The notes below the pieces were generated by a model, which saw nothing but the letters and a program-made list of their open reading frames with translations, searched no databases and was not told the origin of the DNA. A DNA stretch of 62,760 bases, the filler included. It is 12 parts of 12 records of this genome, joined end to end, with 100 filler letters (N's around TTAATTAATTAA, not from the genome) between each part and the next. Parts side by side here need not be neighbours in the genome. Positions count along the whole stretch, not along the records: positions 43,364 to 50,775 come from SRR15195285_7887; positions 50,876 to 57,167 come from SRR15195285_7889; positions 57,268 to 62,760 come from SRR15195285_7906; 9 more parts are not named here. One strand, given 5' to 3'. Below, in pieces: positions 46,601 through 57,776 of the stretch. A program made the position numbers and the translations under genes. The number at the start of each line of letters is the position of its first letter. Position 1 is the first letter of the stretch.

Positions 46601-49600
46601 GCGTAACTACCGTCGACGGTCCTGCCTTTCAGATAGAACTGGTAGCGACGCTTACGCTCGTCATCTGCGTCAAAAATTTCCATAGAAGCACCTTCGAAGA
46701 ACATCCCTCCTTTTGCAAAAGCCGGGCCTTTCTCAGCCGCTTCTTCGCTGTCGTAGTACATGAGTTGCTTTGCGCTAACCGTGACGCATCGGGTTTTCCA
46801 GTTGCGCCGCTTAAACATGTGACTGGTCTTCTGGTCTCCTGCGCCCGACCCACCCTTTTTCATCAACCAACCTTGGAATACGACTTCGTCTTCACTAATA
46901 GCACCACCTGCCGCGGTGGTCGCCTTTGTCGTCAAATTGATCATTGACTTCTGAACAGTCCCACCTGTGTTGGCCCAGCTGCCTTCGTTGTGTGCAGCCA
47001 GCAGATATCGCTGTTGCATCGCCACGCGATTGTCTACGACTGCGTCTTGTTGCACCATAAGAGCAATGGCTTTCATCTGTGAGGTAAACGGCCTCAACTC
47101 GGGGAACTCTTGTGTCGCCGCAGTGCTCTGTGTGGAGATCATGATTCTTTGAAGCCGAAGCTTCTCTTCTTGGCTCGCAAGGTCTGCCAACACGAGGCGT
47201 GGCTGGATGCTGTGGCCTACTTGCCACATGAACTCTTCAATATCTGCTAAAGAATCGGTGTCAGTGCAGCGTAGCGGCGGTAGGCCGAGTTGCCTGTGCA
47301 TGAAAAGGGCCCAACGGCAAGCTTTTCCCGGCGTTCCACCTGGAGTTCCTGGATCCATCCGTGGCTGAACATACTCTTTCACCAGCTCTTCTTGGATCTG
47401 CATCACAGGTGTGTCGATACGGAGCGTTTTTGCCACGGGGGTAAATGGAATTAACATCACCCGGCCGTGGCTGCCAACGTCCTCTTCCACTGGCAGGTAC
47501 ACCGTACATGCTGCTTCTGTAGCTGCCAAGGCTACCGACTCGACTTCACATCCGTCGTCGTCCGGCTGATTGAAGAGCACGCAATGAATGTCCTCGTCAA
47601 GTAGAGGCGCGGACGTCGCTGCTGACAACATTAGGTCGTTCAGCTTGTGCACAGGGTTTGATGCTGAGTGCTGGGCGACACGCGCAAGCTCTCTCCTTAA
47701 GACTGTAAACCAGCATTCGCGCGATGCAGCAGACCCAGCACGGAATTCGAAGGCGACAGGTTCACCATCATCCTCCTCGTGGACCAGGCTGAACTCTCGT
47801 GGGTCGTCTGTCCTTGTGCTTTGGAAGCCACGTCGCAGCGAATGGCACTTGGCGAGACGCACAGCTACAGAGTAACCATGGCCATCGTACATCTTAAGCA
47901 TGGAATCGTCGACAGAAATGGAAAGGTGCACGACGGCGTCCTGTGGGCTTATTTGGTGTACCCGCCCCTCGTGATAGTGCGTCTTTAACGTTTTGTGAAA
48001 AACCGAACGCAGGGCGTCACACCACTGATCCACTAATGCCGCTGTGGCAACGCGTACTAGATACGTCACACTGCCCGATTTGAACTGGAATTCGCGCGTA
48101 GAATCCTCGCTGTCCCGCTTCTTCTCAAAACCTGCCCGGATGCTGTCTTCATCAACGTCAAAAATGAAGGCGGGGTTCTCCTTGTTCGCCGTGATCTTGA
48201 GCGATCCATTTTCTAGCGACAACCACAGGTTTCGGAACTCGGGTGGGTCTGCCTGGGAGCTCAATGCGAGCACGTCACATTTGCAGCTCAAACGCCACTC
48301 GTCGTCACATTCCTCATCAACATCGCCGCCATCAAACGTGACGCCACGACGGCCTGTAGTTCCGGCAGATTCGATGGCAGCCGATAGCGCCGCCAGCAGC
48401 GCCTCTCTGTCTTCAACTTTGGATGCGCGCAACGACCACGTCTTCACCGCGCAGTTGAGATCCAGGACAAGGCCACTCTGCGGAGACTCAGCCACGCCGC
48501 GGCAACTGTGCAGTGAGATGACCCCTTGGCGATCTGTGCCCTTGCCCTGGATGTTTGACCTGAAGTACGTAAGCTCACCGCCACGCAATTCGAACCAGTA
48601 CCGCGTCCACGGCTGCCGGGGGTGCGCTTTCGCACCTAGCCAGGCGCACGTGCAGCCCTCAGTTTGAACGAAATCAACAACCGCATCCATCTTCGTCAGA
48701 TTTTCCACCTCAGTTTTCAGGTTCTTCGCCGTGGCCCAACCAAACGCGGTCCTTATTCTTGCCGATGTTTGCAGCCTGCGCTCCTCAAGGGCCTCGACAA
48801 GAGCACCCTCCTTAATCGTCCCGACAATCGCACTTTTGACATCACACGCGTGGCGCAGCTTTGTGTCCTTCACTGCAAGATACACGCTGCAGACCTGGTC
48901 GTATTCGATACTGAACGTCAGTTTGCCGGCCACAAATTTGTTGAACCTCGCGTCCTCTTTTGCCATCGGAGCCAGCTCGCACGTCTGCACCGTTCCTATG
49001 CTCGCCGGATCGTCCAGGTCGATCGAGACCTGCCCCAAGAAATCACCACGCGAGACGCCATCGTCCTTGTCATAAACAGTGAGGATCAGCTGGTTCTGCG
49101 CGCCAGTTCTGAGCGGCGGCAGCTGCCTGCGCTCGTCCCACACCGGATCTAGGTCCTTCCAGACGACCCGCGTGCTACCGAGGGTCACGCCGTTGAACAC
49201 GAAGATGACGTACGGATCACTCTTGCCCCACGTGTCCGCGGCTGCTAGACCGGCCGCTCTGTCGATGTGAAGGTGCAGTGGTCGGCTGTACGAAGTGGGT
49301 GCGCTAGCACCGCCAGCCAGGGTCACGCCAAGCTTCTCAGCGCAGTCCCCCAGAGGCAGCCATTCGTCCCAGCCTTCTATCCACAGCTTCGCTTCCGCAC
49401 CGACCGTGCCTGCATCGATGAGTGCCTGGAGCTCCGCCACCGGCACCTCGGGCTGTTCATCACTCGGGTCGTCGCTCAACGTGTAGTGGACAGTTGAGGG
49501 GCTGGTGGCGGCGCTTGTGGCGGCGGAGGCGGAGGCCGGTGGCGTGCCCTCCGGCAGCACGGCGGCCAGCCCGAACCTGGCCGCGCACTCGGCCAGCGGC

Positions 49601-49937
49601 AACCAGTCGTCCATTCCGTCGGTCCACACCTTCGTCGCGCTGCTGATCGCCCCGGCCTCCAGCAGGGCTTTGGCATCACTAACAGAGATCTCGTCCGACT
49701 GCGCCGACTCGCCGTCCTCGTCGTCGTACGTGTAATGCAGAGAGTGGAACTCGACGGGCGGCTCGCCTTCGCTGCCCCCGAGCGCGTCGCCCAGCCCAAA
49801 GAGCTGCGCGCAGCCGCCCAGTGGCAGCCAGTCGTCCATCCCATCCGTCCAGACCTTCGTCGCGGCGCTGATGGCCCCCTTGGAGAGCAGCGCCCTCGCC
49901 TCGGCCACGCTGACCTCGTCCGACTCGACCTCCTCGC
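43658..49937 (-). CDS. Class I-like phosphatidylinositol 3-kinase with GYF_2 repeats, C2, SH3b-like and multiple PH domains; 5' truncated
   Basis: Catalytic: FKDGDDVRQDTLVLQ, FTRSCAGYCVATYILGIADRHNDNIM, HIDFGHFLG, PFILT. Helical domain: EALQLLD, LQLSQLMKLE, IGQSLYW. C2: LAAADTWGKSDPYV..YDKD..DFLGQV. PH: FQGWLMKKGG..NWKTR. Three KVWTDGMDDWLPL-type repeats. Six or more GT-AG introns; stop TAG at 43658. Confidence 0.9.
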
Positions 49938-50775
49938 CTGAGAGACAGAACAGGGCAAATCCGCAGTGTTGTGACGGAGACTGTAAAGCTCTCGAGGGAG
50001 ACAGCCAGAGAGGGAGAGCCTAGCCATCCACAGAGACATTGGGACGTCGAGAGAAACAGCACAGAGGCACAGCTACCCGGGCCGGCAGCGGATAGACACA
50101 CAGAGAGACAGGGGGATATATGGAGAGCAGCGCCAGAGGAACCGACAGCCCCGGGAGCGTATCGTATGGGCCTCCTCAGTCTTGCTCCTCCTCATCCTCG
50201 CCTCCGCAGACGGATGGGCTCACGACAGGTGGGCAGGCAGGCAGGCAGTCATGCAGACAAGAGAAGACAAGACAAGTTACAAAGACAGACAGACTTGGAG
50301 AGGGGCCGCAGAAGCAGAGAGGCGCAGAGAGACAAAGAAAGACGCAGAGAGGCAGACAGAGAGACAGAGGCAGACAGACAGAGCACAGCGTAGCACAGCC
50401 CGATAGAGAGTGTGGAGGGAGAGCGAGTGACAGAGAGACACAGAGCGGGCCACATAGCCCAGCGCAGCACAGCAAGGCATAGCCCGAGAGAGCGTATCTG
50501 ATAGACACAGAGACAAGAGCGAGGGAGAGATACCCAGTGACAGATAGCGAGGGAGAGAGACACACAGAGGGCCACATAGCACAGCACAGCAGAACACAGA
50601 CCAGAGACAGAGGGAGTGTATCTGATCGACACAGAGAACAGCACAGAGGACAGCACACAGCGCAGAGAGGGAGAGAGTGTGTGTGCGTGTACACACATGG
50701 ACGATAGCGAGAGGGAGACACAGAGACGCACAGAGAACAGCGCACAGCCACACACACACACACACACACACACAC
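49938..50775. repeat. AG/AC-rich low-complexity intronic tract ending in (CA)n
   Basis: Strongly skewed gagagacacagag-type words on +; lies upstream of a minus-strand CAG acceptor at 49938-49940. Confidence 0.75.
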
Positions 50776-50875
50776 NNNNNNNNNNNNNNNNNNNNNNNNN
50801 NNNNNNNNNNNNNNNNNNNTTAATTAATTAANNNNNNNNNNNNNNNNNNNNNNNNNNNNNNNNNNNNNNNNNNNN
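50776..50875. other. Artificial contig spacer
   Basis: N44-TTAATTAATTAA-N44. Confidence 0.99.
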
Positions 50876-50877
50876 CG

Positions 50878-51810
50878 CCGCCGCCGCCGCCGCCGCCGCC
50901 GCGTGCAGCGGCGTCGACTCGGCAGCGCGACACTGGTGGGTTGCGACCCGCAGTTGTCCTTGGGGCCGCTGGGGCAGTTGTGGTTGGCGTCACGGCTGCC
51001 GTTGCACCGTTTATTACACCTGGTTTACTCCGTTCGTTTGGGGTACCTTTCAACCCGACCGAAACTCTCAAGCTGCAGGCTATGCTGCGCCATCTGCCCG
51101 CACCAGACAGCTCGCGTGCCAGCCGCAGCGGCACTGCGACGCTGGCGGGCCGTGGACGCACGCTGCAGCAGCGCAGCAATGTCGTTGTGGATCTGGGGTC
51201 TGGCGATGGCCGCATCATTGTAGCAGCAGCGGAACAGGGGCATCGGGCGGTGGGCTATGAGTTCAATCCGTGGCTGATACTGTACTCTCGCGCAACCTCA
51301 CTCGTTGCCGGCGTTAGCCCGTTCTTCTTCCAACTGCGATACTTTCGCGAGACAGTTGCATTAACTCTGTCACGAAAAACGTCACATAGCCGAGGCACCC
51401 CAGCTGCGCGTGTCACATTACCAATGGTGGCACCTGCTGCTACTCGTGGCTGCGCGAAGTTTGTCTGCGGAAACATGTGGAATGCCCCGATTGCTGACGC
51501 ATCATGCGTGGTCATTTATGGAGTCGAAGAGCTCATGCCGCGGTTCGCTAACAAGCTTGAACAGGAGCTGCCTCTAGCAGGGATGCTAGCTGCTACTGAG
51601 CGATCTTTCACTGCAGATGCTGACGCTAACGCAACGACTGCGCAAGATGAATCAGATCTTCGATTGAGACATGGGACTGGATCCGTGGTGGTCCTGTGCA
51701 ATACTTTCCCACTGCCTGGATATCACTGGGAGGAGCGACTTGCAGCGTGTGAAGAGGGCGTTTACGTGTATAAGTATCGGACACGTGGGAAGTTGCACGG
51801 ATCTGTGTGA
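50878..51810 (+). CDS. Class I SAM-dependent protein lysine methyltransferase, FAM173 (ATPSCKMT/ANTKMT)-like; 5' truncated
   Basis: TM segment then APFITPGL..VPFNPT; VVDLGSGDGRII; AVGYEFNPWLILYSR; VVIYGVEELMPRFANKLEQEL; NTFPLP. May contain an in-frame intron. Confidence 0.8.
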   Translation, partial: PPPPPPPPRAAASTRQRDTGGLRPAVVLGAAGAVVVGVTAAVAPFITPGLLRSFGVPFNPTETLKLQAMLRHLPAPDSSRASRSGTATLAGRGRTLQQRSNVVVDLGSGDGRIIVAAAEQGHRAVGYEFNPWLILYSRATSLVAGVSPFFFQLRYFRETVALTLSRKTSHSRGTPAARVTLPMVAPAATRGCAKFVCGNMWNAPIADASCVVIYGVEELMPRFANKLEQELPLAGMLAATERSFTADADANATTAQDESDLRLRHGTGSVVVLCNTFPLPGYHWEERLAACEEGVYVYKYRTRGKLHGSV

Positions 51811-52009
51811 GTCCAGCGGCGGTACTGAACTGATGCCATGTGCAGCGATTGATCTCTAGTTACCGACCTGTACTGGAACACTGCTCACACATTCAATGAT
51901 TGTAATGGCCTGTCACGATGACCATGGCCAGGCCACCAGTGCCACAGCAACAGATGATTGCGCTTGATACTATCCACACACTACATAGGGTATGTAGCGA
52001 TCACCAGGT

Positions 52010-52759
52010 TCAAAGCTTGCTTGCATTCGCAGATTCTGCTGCGTTTACCTCTGCACACACGTGGCGCGAGAGTGCTGCCCACTCGTCGCTCGTCACATCC
52101 AGATGTGGATCCAGCCCCACCGGCCAAGCAGCACACTCAGCCGTGGCGCCCTCCTCCTGCGCAAGGCGCCTCCTCAAGAACATCAGCGCCCGGCCCAGAT
52201 GGTTTGCACCACTACCGTCGCGATCGTCGCTCCAGAAGGCGTCACGGCCTTTCTCTGAGTTGTGCTCGACCAATAGTGCAGAGCCTGTGCTGAGCAGTGC
52301 TGCCCGGAGCGAGGGGTCGCTGAACTTCGCTTCGAGCACAATCAGCATTGCCGTCCACTTATCCACGAGTGCGACACGGTCACCGCCCTCCGGTCCCAAC
52401 GATGCCACGTTTGACCACGCAGGCCCAGGCGGATTGCTCGCCTCCCAGCGCAGCTTGAGCTCGAAGGCCTGCTCGCCGTCTCGCGCTCCCTGGAACTGAT
52501 GTCGCGCCTCCGAGTTTGTCCACCACTTCATTGCTTGGTACGCAGCCTCAGAAGTGGCGAAGCGGCCGCTCAGGCCGCCCAGAGACACCGTCACAGGACT
52601 GGGCCAGAAGTTGCCGAGCGGTCCCGAAGACAAGCGCTCGTGCCACAGATCCGATCGCCCTGGAAAGTAGAATGGGACGACCTCGAGTGCCGCTTCGGCG
52701 TAGATTGCCTCAGGCATCTCAGCCAGCCGCAGCGTCCTAATCGGAGGCAGCGCTTCCAT
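52010..52759 (-). CDS. NADAR (YbiA/DUF1768) family protein
   Basis: LGNFWPSP; FATSEAAYQAMK; MLIVLEAKF..LRAALLSTG..LVEH..DAFW..GANHLGRALMFLR. Confidence 0.88.
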   Translation of the reverse strand: MEALPPIRTLRLAEMPEAIYAEAALEVVPFYFPGRSDLWHERLSSGPLGNFWPSPVTVSLGGLSGRFATSEAAYQAMKWWTNSEARHQFQGARDGEQAFELKLRWEASNPPGPAWSNVASLGPEGGDRVALVDKWTAMLIVLEAKFSDPSLRAALLSTGSALLVEHNSEKGRDAFWSDDRDGSGANHLGRALMFLRRRLAQEEGATAECAAWPVGLDPHLDVTSDEWAALSRHVCAEVNAAESANASKL

Positions 52760-53162
52760 CCTGCAGCGACCCCGTTGGGGGATCCGGACGGACGCGCCAC
52801 CGACTGTGGCACGCGCGCGCGCGCGCTCGCTGGACGCGCGCGCGCGCGCGCTGCGCGGACGGATACAGGGATACTATATATATAATACATATATATGGCC
52901 GCTAATGACCGACGCGCGGCGGAGCTCCGTCGCGTGCGTCCAGGTGCGGTCGCGCCGGAGGGAATCACAATCATGCAGGCCTCTCTATATGGTATATTAG
53001 AATATCGTATATGCGCATAGTACGGCTGGCCATCGGGGCACATTCTAACATGCATAGACTACACGCGTGCGTGCGTGCCCGGCGCCGCGGCGCGGCGGGT
53101 GGCTCGTGGGGAATAGATCGACTTTCGTTCGGGTATACTATAAACGGTAGTCATCCCACCAT
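52760..53162. promoter_or_regulatory. Divergent promoter region with (CG)n and (AT)n tracts
   Basis: Lies between head-to-head NADAR and GH5-like genes; two (CG)n runs at about 52812-52851 and a TATATATA/ACATATATAT run at about 52871-52897. Confidence 0.5.
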
Positions 53163-54420
53163 ATGGCCTGGCGTCTGGCTCCGGCGTTCTATTTCCTGGC
53201 GCCACTGGTGGCGTGCATCCTAACAGATCGGTCGATGGCGACGGCCGCCACACCCACAGCTGTTAACACTGGAGCGTTCAGCGACGATCTGACTTGGGTT
53301 CGTGGTGTAAACTACGTCCCATCGACAGCACACAATGATATGGGGATCTGGCTGGACTACAACTCTACCCTGGTATGTATAGCTGCGATATCTGTATCAG
53401 TGATTCATCTGACTCCATGATTTCCCCTCGTGTGCTGCGTATCAGATCAAGCAAGAGCTGGGCTTTGCTGGCACCAGTGGCTTCAATGCTGTTCGCGTGT
53501 TCCTGCACTGGCTGGCCTGGGATCACGACTCGCAGGTTTTCATGGCCAATATCGAAGACTTCTGTGCCGCGGCCGACAGCGCAGGCCTCAAAGTACTGTT
53601 TGTCGTGCTCGACTCGTGCTTCGGCGATGTGAACGCCGAAGCGAGCTGGATTGCAGACAGCCGCTACCGCAACATGTCTTGGATGCCAAACCCTGGGCCA
53701 GCAATCGTTGACAAAGGGCCGGCCGGGTGGACGAAGCTAGACGAATACGTTTCCGAGCTCGTGACCGCGCACAAGTCTGACAAGCGTGTACTTGGCTGGG
53801 ACGTGATGAACGAACCAGCGTTCAACGACAAGATGATCACTCCCTTCATCCAGCACTTCACAAATATCATCAATGCGATCGATGAAACCCACTTTACCTG
53901 CGTGGGCGGTGCCGCCAACTCGCCCCACACGGATGGCCTGAGCAACTTGACAGTGCTCACATACCATGATTATTCCGGCGCTGCAGATGGAACCAAGCTT
54001 GGGGCTGATGTTGCGGCGGCGCAGAAGCTAGGCAAAACTCTTGGAAAGCCAACTATGGTGACCGAATCTTTTGGACGCGGCAGTCGCTCTGATGATCCAG
54101 CAAAGCGCAAATATAACGATCCCAAGGGGGACTCGTTGCATTCCGTGTTGCGTGGTATGAATGGCTGCATTGCGGGTGCAGCGAAGACGGGTTTTTTCAT
54201 CTGGGAATTAATGTTCGGGGTCGATCAGTTTAACGGAGGGCAGCCTTCTGTCTCACACCCCGGGGTTTTGCCATTCTGGGGCCCGCCCGGTGCACCCTAC
54301 CAAGGGCTCATTCTGCCAGCAGCTGCTGGTGATCGAGGAGGGCAGTGGCGATTTGCTGAGGAAGAAGCCCTGTGGAAAAGTCACGGAGTCACACGCACTT
54401 GCCCACCAGCGACGCTCTAG
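53163..54420 (+). CDS. Secreted clan GH-A glycoside hydrolase (GH5-like)
   Basis: Signal peptide; VRGVNYVP; GFNAVRVFLH; LGWDVMNEP (acid/base); TYHDY; PTMVTE (nucleophile); FFIWEL. Intron 53373-53445. Confidence 0.85.
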
Positions 54421-54549
54421 CCTGCGACAATCAGTGCATCTGCGTGGCCCGAGCGAGCGTGTGCACCAATGTATTGTGCGTTCCTAGGTAGGTGTGAGGG
54501 AGGTTACAATTTTTTGAATTGCATTGTGCTACCTTCGGTGGGCAGATGC

Positions 54550-57167
54550 CTAGCGGGGGGCGAAAGTGCCACCACTACCTCCTGCACCCTGCTTGAATGT
54601 AGCCAACGCGGCCAGCTTCTGCTTCTGCCGATTCGATACCCTGAACGACGCCGTTGCTACGCCCTTCCTACTTGCACGATCTCTAAATGATGACGAGCTA
54701 TTCATCGCCGCCAAAAGGAAGCCTTTGTCGAGTCGCAGAGATTCGTCGGCGTACTCGATTGCATCAGGGGCGATCGCCACGCAGTCAAGCACAAATTGAC
54801 GGTCGGCCTTCAGCTCGTCAGCTGCGTAGAACAGCGCGTCGCCTGACGTTCGCACTGCAGCGATGATCATGTCCGGATTGGCCTTCAGCTCCGCCGCAGC
54901 ATAGTCCAGGGCATCAACATCCACCTTGGCAGCCGCCAGTACGACGTCAACGTCGTTGCGCATCTTCGCAGCCACCTCGTTGCCACCCAAAGCGTCTGGA
55001 TCCTCGGCGACCTTGTGCAATGCCACGCACTTTTCAGCAGCATAAACGACGTCGGGGTCGACTTTGAGGTTTGTGGCGGCATGCCGAAGAGCTTTCCCTT
55101 GCGGCTCGTTCTCGACGGCCAGCATCACGACGTCCTTGTCCGCCTTGAGCAACTTGGATGCATGCTGCAGCGCCCGGCCGTTCTGCTTGCATGCGGCTAT
55201 GCACACACCCTTGTCCGATTGCATGAGCGAGTCTGCGTGCTTCAACGCAGTACCATCCTGGCTCACAGCTTCTATCACAACATCCCTGTTCTTCCTGCAG
55301 CTCAACCCGCCGAACTTGAGCGCACCGCCTGTGTGCTTGCACGCAGCCTTGACCAGCCGTGTGCTGGCTCGCAGGCGCTCTGAGGCATACTTCAGCATCA
55401 TCCCTTTCTGTGTCACTGCCTCGAGTACGACCTCAACATCGTCTCGCAGCTCGTCCGAGATGTAGGTGAGCGCATCTGGGTTTCGCTTCATCGCGCGTTT
55501 CATGAAAATCCTGTCGATTGAAAGCTTCCGTGGGAGGAAGTCTAGCGCCTCGCCGCTTGGAGCTGTCTGTTCGATCACATCAAGCATGAAACTGGGGTCC
55601 GATAACAGTTTTGTGGACGCTCGCCGCAGCAGTTGCACATGTTGGACCACCACCTTAAGAGTAGCCGTCAGTGTGGCCCACTGCAGCGCGTCTGGATAGT
55701 CCTGACATGCTGCGCGCACAATGTCGTCATTGGAGCGCATTGCTTCCGATGCGTGTGCCAGCGCCGTTCCGTTTCTGGTTACTGCAGTCATTGCGACCTC
55801 AAAATCTGCTCTCAGCTCAGGCGAGGCACCCGCAAAGATCTCAGGGATAAGGAACGGGTCCTCGCACACGTCCATCTCAGCTAGAATATTGGCCTGCTCT
55901 ATGACAAACTGTCGCTGCTTGTCCTGGTCTGCCTCGGCGCGCGCGATCTTCGCCTCCTCGACAGCAATCCGCATAGCCTCCTCCTCAGCGGCGCGGCGCT
56001 CCCGTTCCTCTTGTTCCGCCGCCAGGCGTGCCTTCTCTATCCGAGCAGCTTGCTCCGCGAACTTGGCTCGCCGTCGGTCTTTCGCCTCCTGGATCTCGCG
56101 CGCTCGCGCTCGTGCCTGCTCCTGCTTTTTCGCCTCCAGCTACCGCAGCTTCTCAGCCTGCCGCTCGGCCTCGAACTGGCGCAAGTGCAACATCGCTTGC
56201 TTGAACGTATCGATTTCTTCACCCGTGGGACACGTAAGAGCTGTTTTGTGCACCCAGTTGCTGTTCTCGTCGCCATCCGCGTAGGTTAGCCTAACCTCGC
56301 GAACCGTGAGCACTCTGTGCTGTGTGACCTTAACGCTGCTCACCAGCGCGACCTTCTCTCCATATTTGACCACGCTGCCGTTGCTTACCTTGTTTCGCCA
56401 CGCGACCATGTGAGCAACCGCGGCGTCCACTTCCTCCACCCGAACCTTCGATGCCCTCGCCCTGTCCAGCTCCACCTCCTTGGCGGCGATGGAAACCGCA
56501 GCCAGCATATCCCCTGAGAGAGAACGCCAGTCAATTAGTATGCGCTCAGAGAGAGAAATGCGCAGAGAACGTGTGGCATAGAGAAGCCTGCTCCGCACCA
56601 GTGGGTTCACCCACCCCACCCCAAATGTCCCACCTGCGGACCGCCCGCCGTTAGAAACTACGGTACATTCCCGGCATGCATTACTATCAAAACAACTACT
56701 ACGAGTGAGCCGCGGTCAACGCACCCGTCCTTCTCCAACGTGAGCACCATCTCTTCGCCCAGCTCCAGTTGCTCCCTCCCATCCTCTCTAACGGCGTCAA
56801 AACGCCGGACATGAGACAGTACGGGCGAAAGGCACATCTAGACGGCTGACAAGTCGCACACAGCTGGCGCGTACTGTACACAGAGGCAGACAGTCTACAC
56901 AGGCGCACAGACAGAGCAGAGCCAGCTGAGCAGCGGGCAAGGCAGCACGTACCGCCTCTTCACTACCTCCAGCTGCCCAGTCGCCTCCTTCCGCAGCCGC
57001 TCCGCCAGCACATACCTGCTCCGATCAACATTTGTATAAGTGAGACAGCCAGTAGGTCAGAGAGAGCCACAGAGTCTGACAGAAGCACGCACGCGCGCGC
57101 ACGCGCGCGCGCGCACACACACAGAGAGACAGACACGCACACACACACACACACACACGCACGCACA
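54550..57167 (-). CDS. DUF4116-repeat protein with N-terminal coiled coil; in-frame TAG at 56140-56142; 5' part uncertain
   Basis: Repeated (D)xxVVxxAVxxxGxALxxASxxLxxD units. ORFs 56140-56619 and 54550-55974 share one frame, separated by a single TAG. Confidence 0.75.
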
Positions 57168-57267
57168 NNNNNNNNNNNNNNNNNNNNNNNNNNNNNNNNN
57201 NNNNNNNNNNNTTAATTAATTAANNNNNNNNNNNNNNNNNNNNNNNNNNNNNNNNNNNNNNNNNNNN
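57168..57267. other. Artificial contig spacer
   Basis: N44-TTAATTAATTAA-N44. Confidence 0.99.
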
Positions 57268-57776
57268 CGGTCGGGCAGAATGCACACACACTGCCTCTCA
57301 GTGCCTCGAGTGCCTCACCAATCCTCGACCCATCCCGGGACTCGTGAGGCCGATTTCGGCCTCCCGGAGCAAACCTTCCATTTTGGCCCTCTGCATGTCT
57401 GCAATCAAGAATCATGCATTTCGTGATTCGATCCGGCATGGTTGCATGCTCAGCACGCGGCATCGAGCTGGTGAGACGGTATACTGTAGTATAGTAGCAT
57501 CGATTGAGGGGTGGCTGCAGCGATACCGATAGAGTGCGGATTTTGGGGTTTCGACGCCGCAGAGAGCTGACGAGCGACAGGATCGTCATCAGGACATCAC
57601 GGCGTAGCCGGGTACACCAGTGCCGACGCTGGACAGCGCCCAGCGAGCGGCATCACAAGAGCTCGGCTGCTGCTGGTCAGTGGATGTGACTGGATGCCGT
57701 GGTGACCCGACTGGTGATGCAGCTACCGGCAGCAGGCGCTGGGTTGGGTGCGTAGCACGCTGGGGAGCTGCTGCAG

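Noticed and set aside
50176..50775. Cys/Val/Leu-rich ORFs (MCVCVCV..)
   Set aside because: These are translations of (CA)n/(GA)n low-complexity DNA.
54550..56619. Genome-wide TAG reassignment (alternative genetic code)
   Set aside because: GH59, the alpha-kinase, PI3K, GH5-like and DUF4116 genes all end at TAG at sensible positions; only one internal TAG was seen.
5064..57267. Regularly recurring TTAATTAATTAA flanked by Ns, superficially like an array repeat
   Set aside because: It is a fixed-length artificial concatenation spacer with stops in six frames. ORF ends reading LIN are artefacts.
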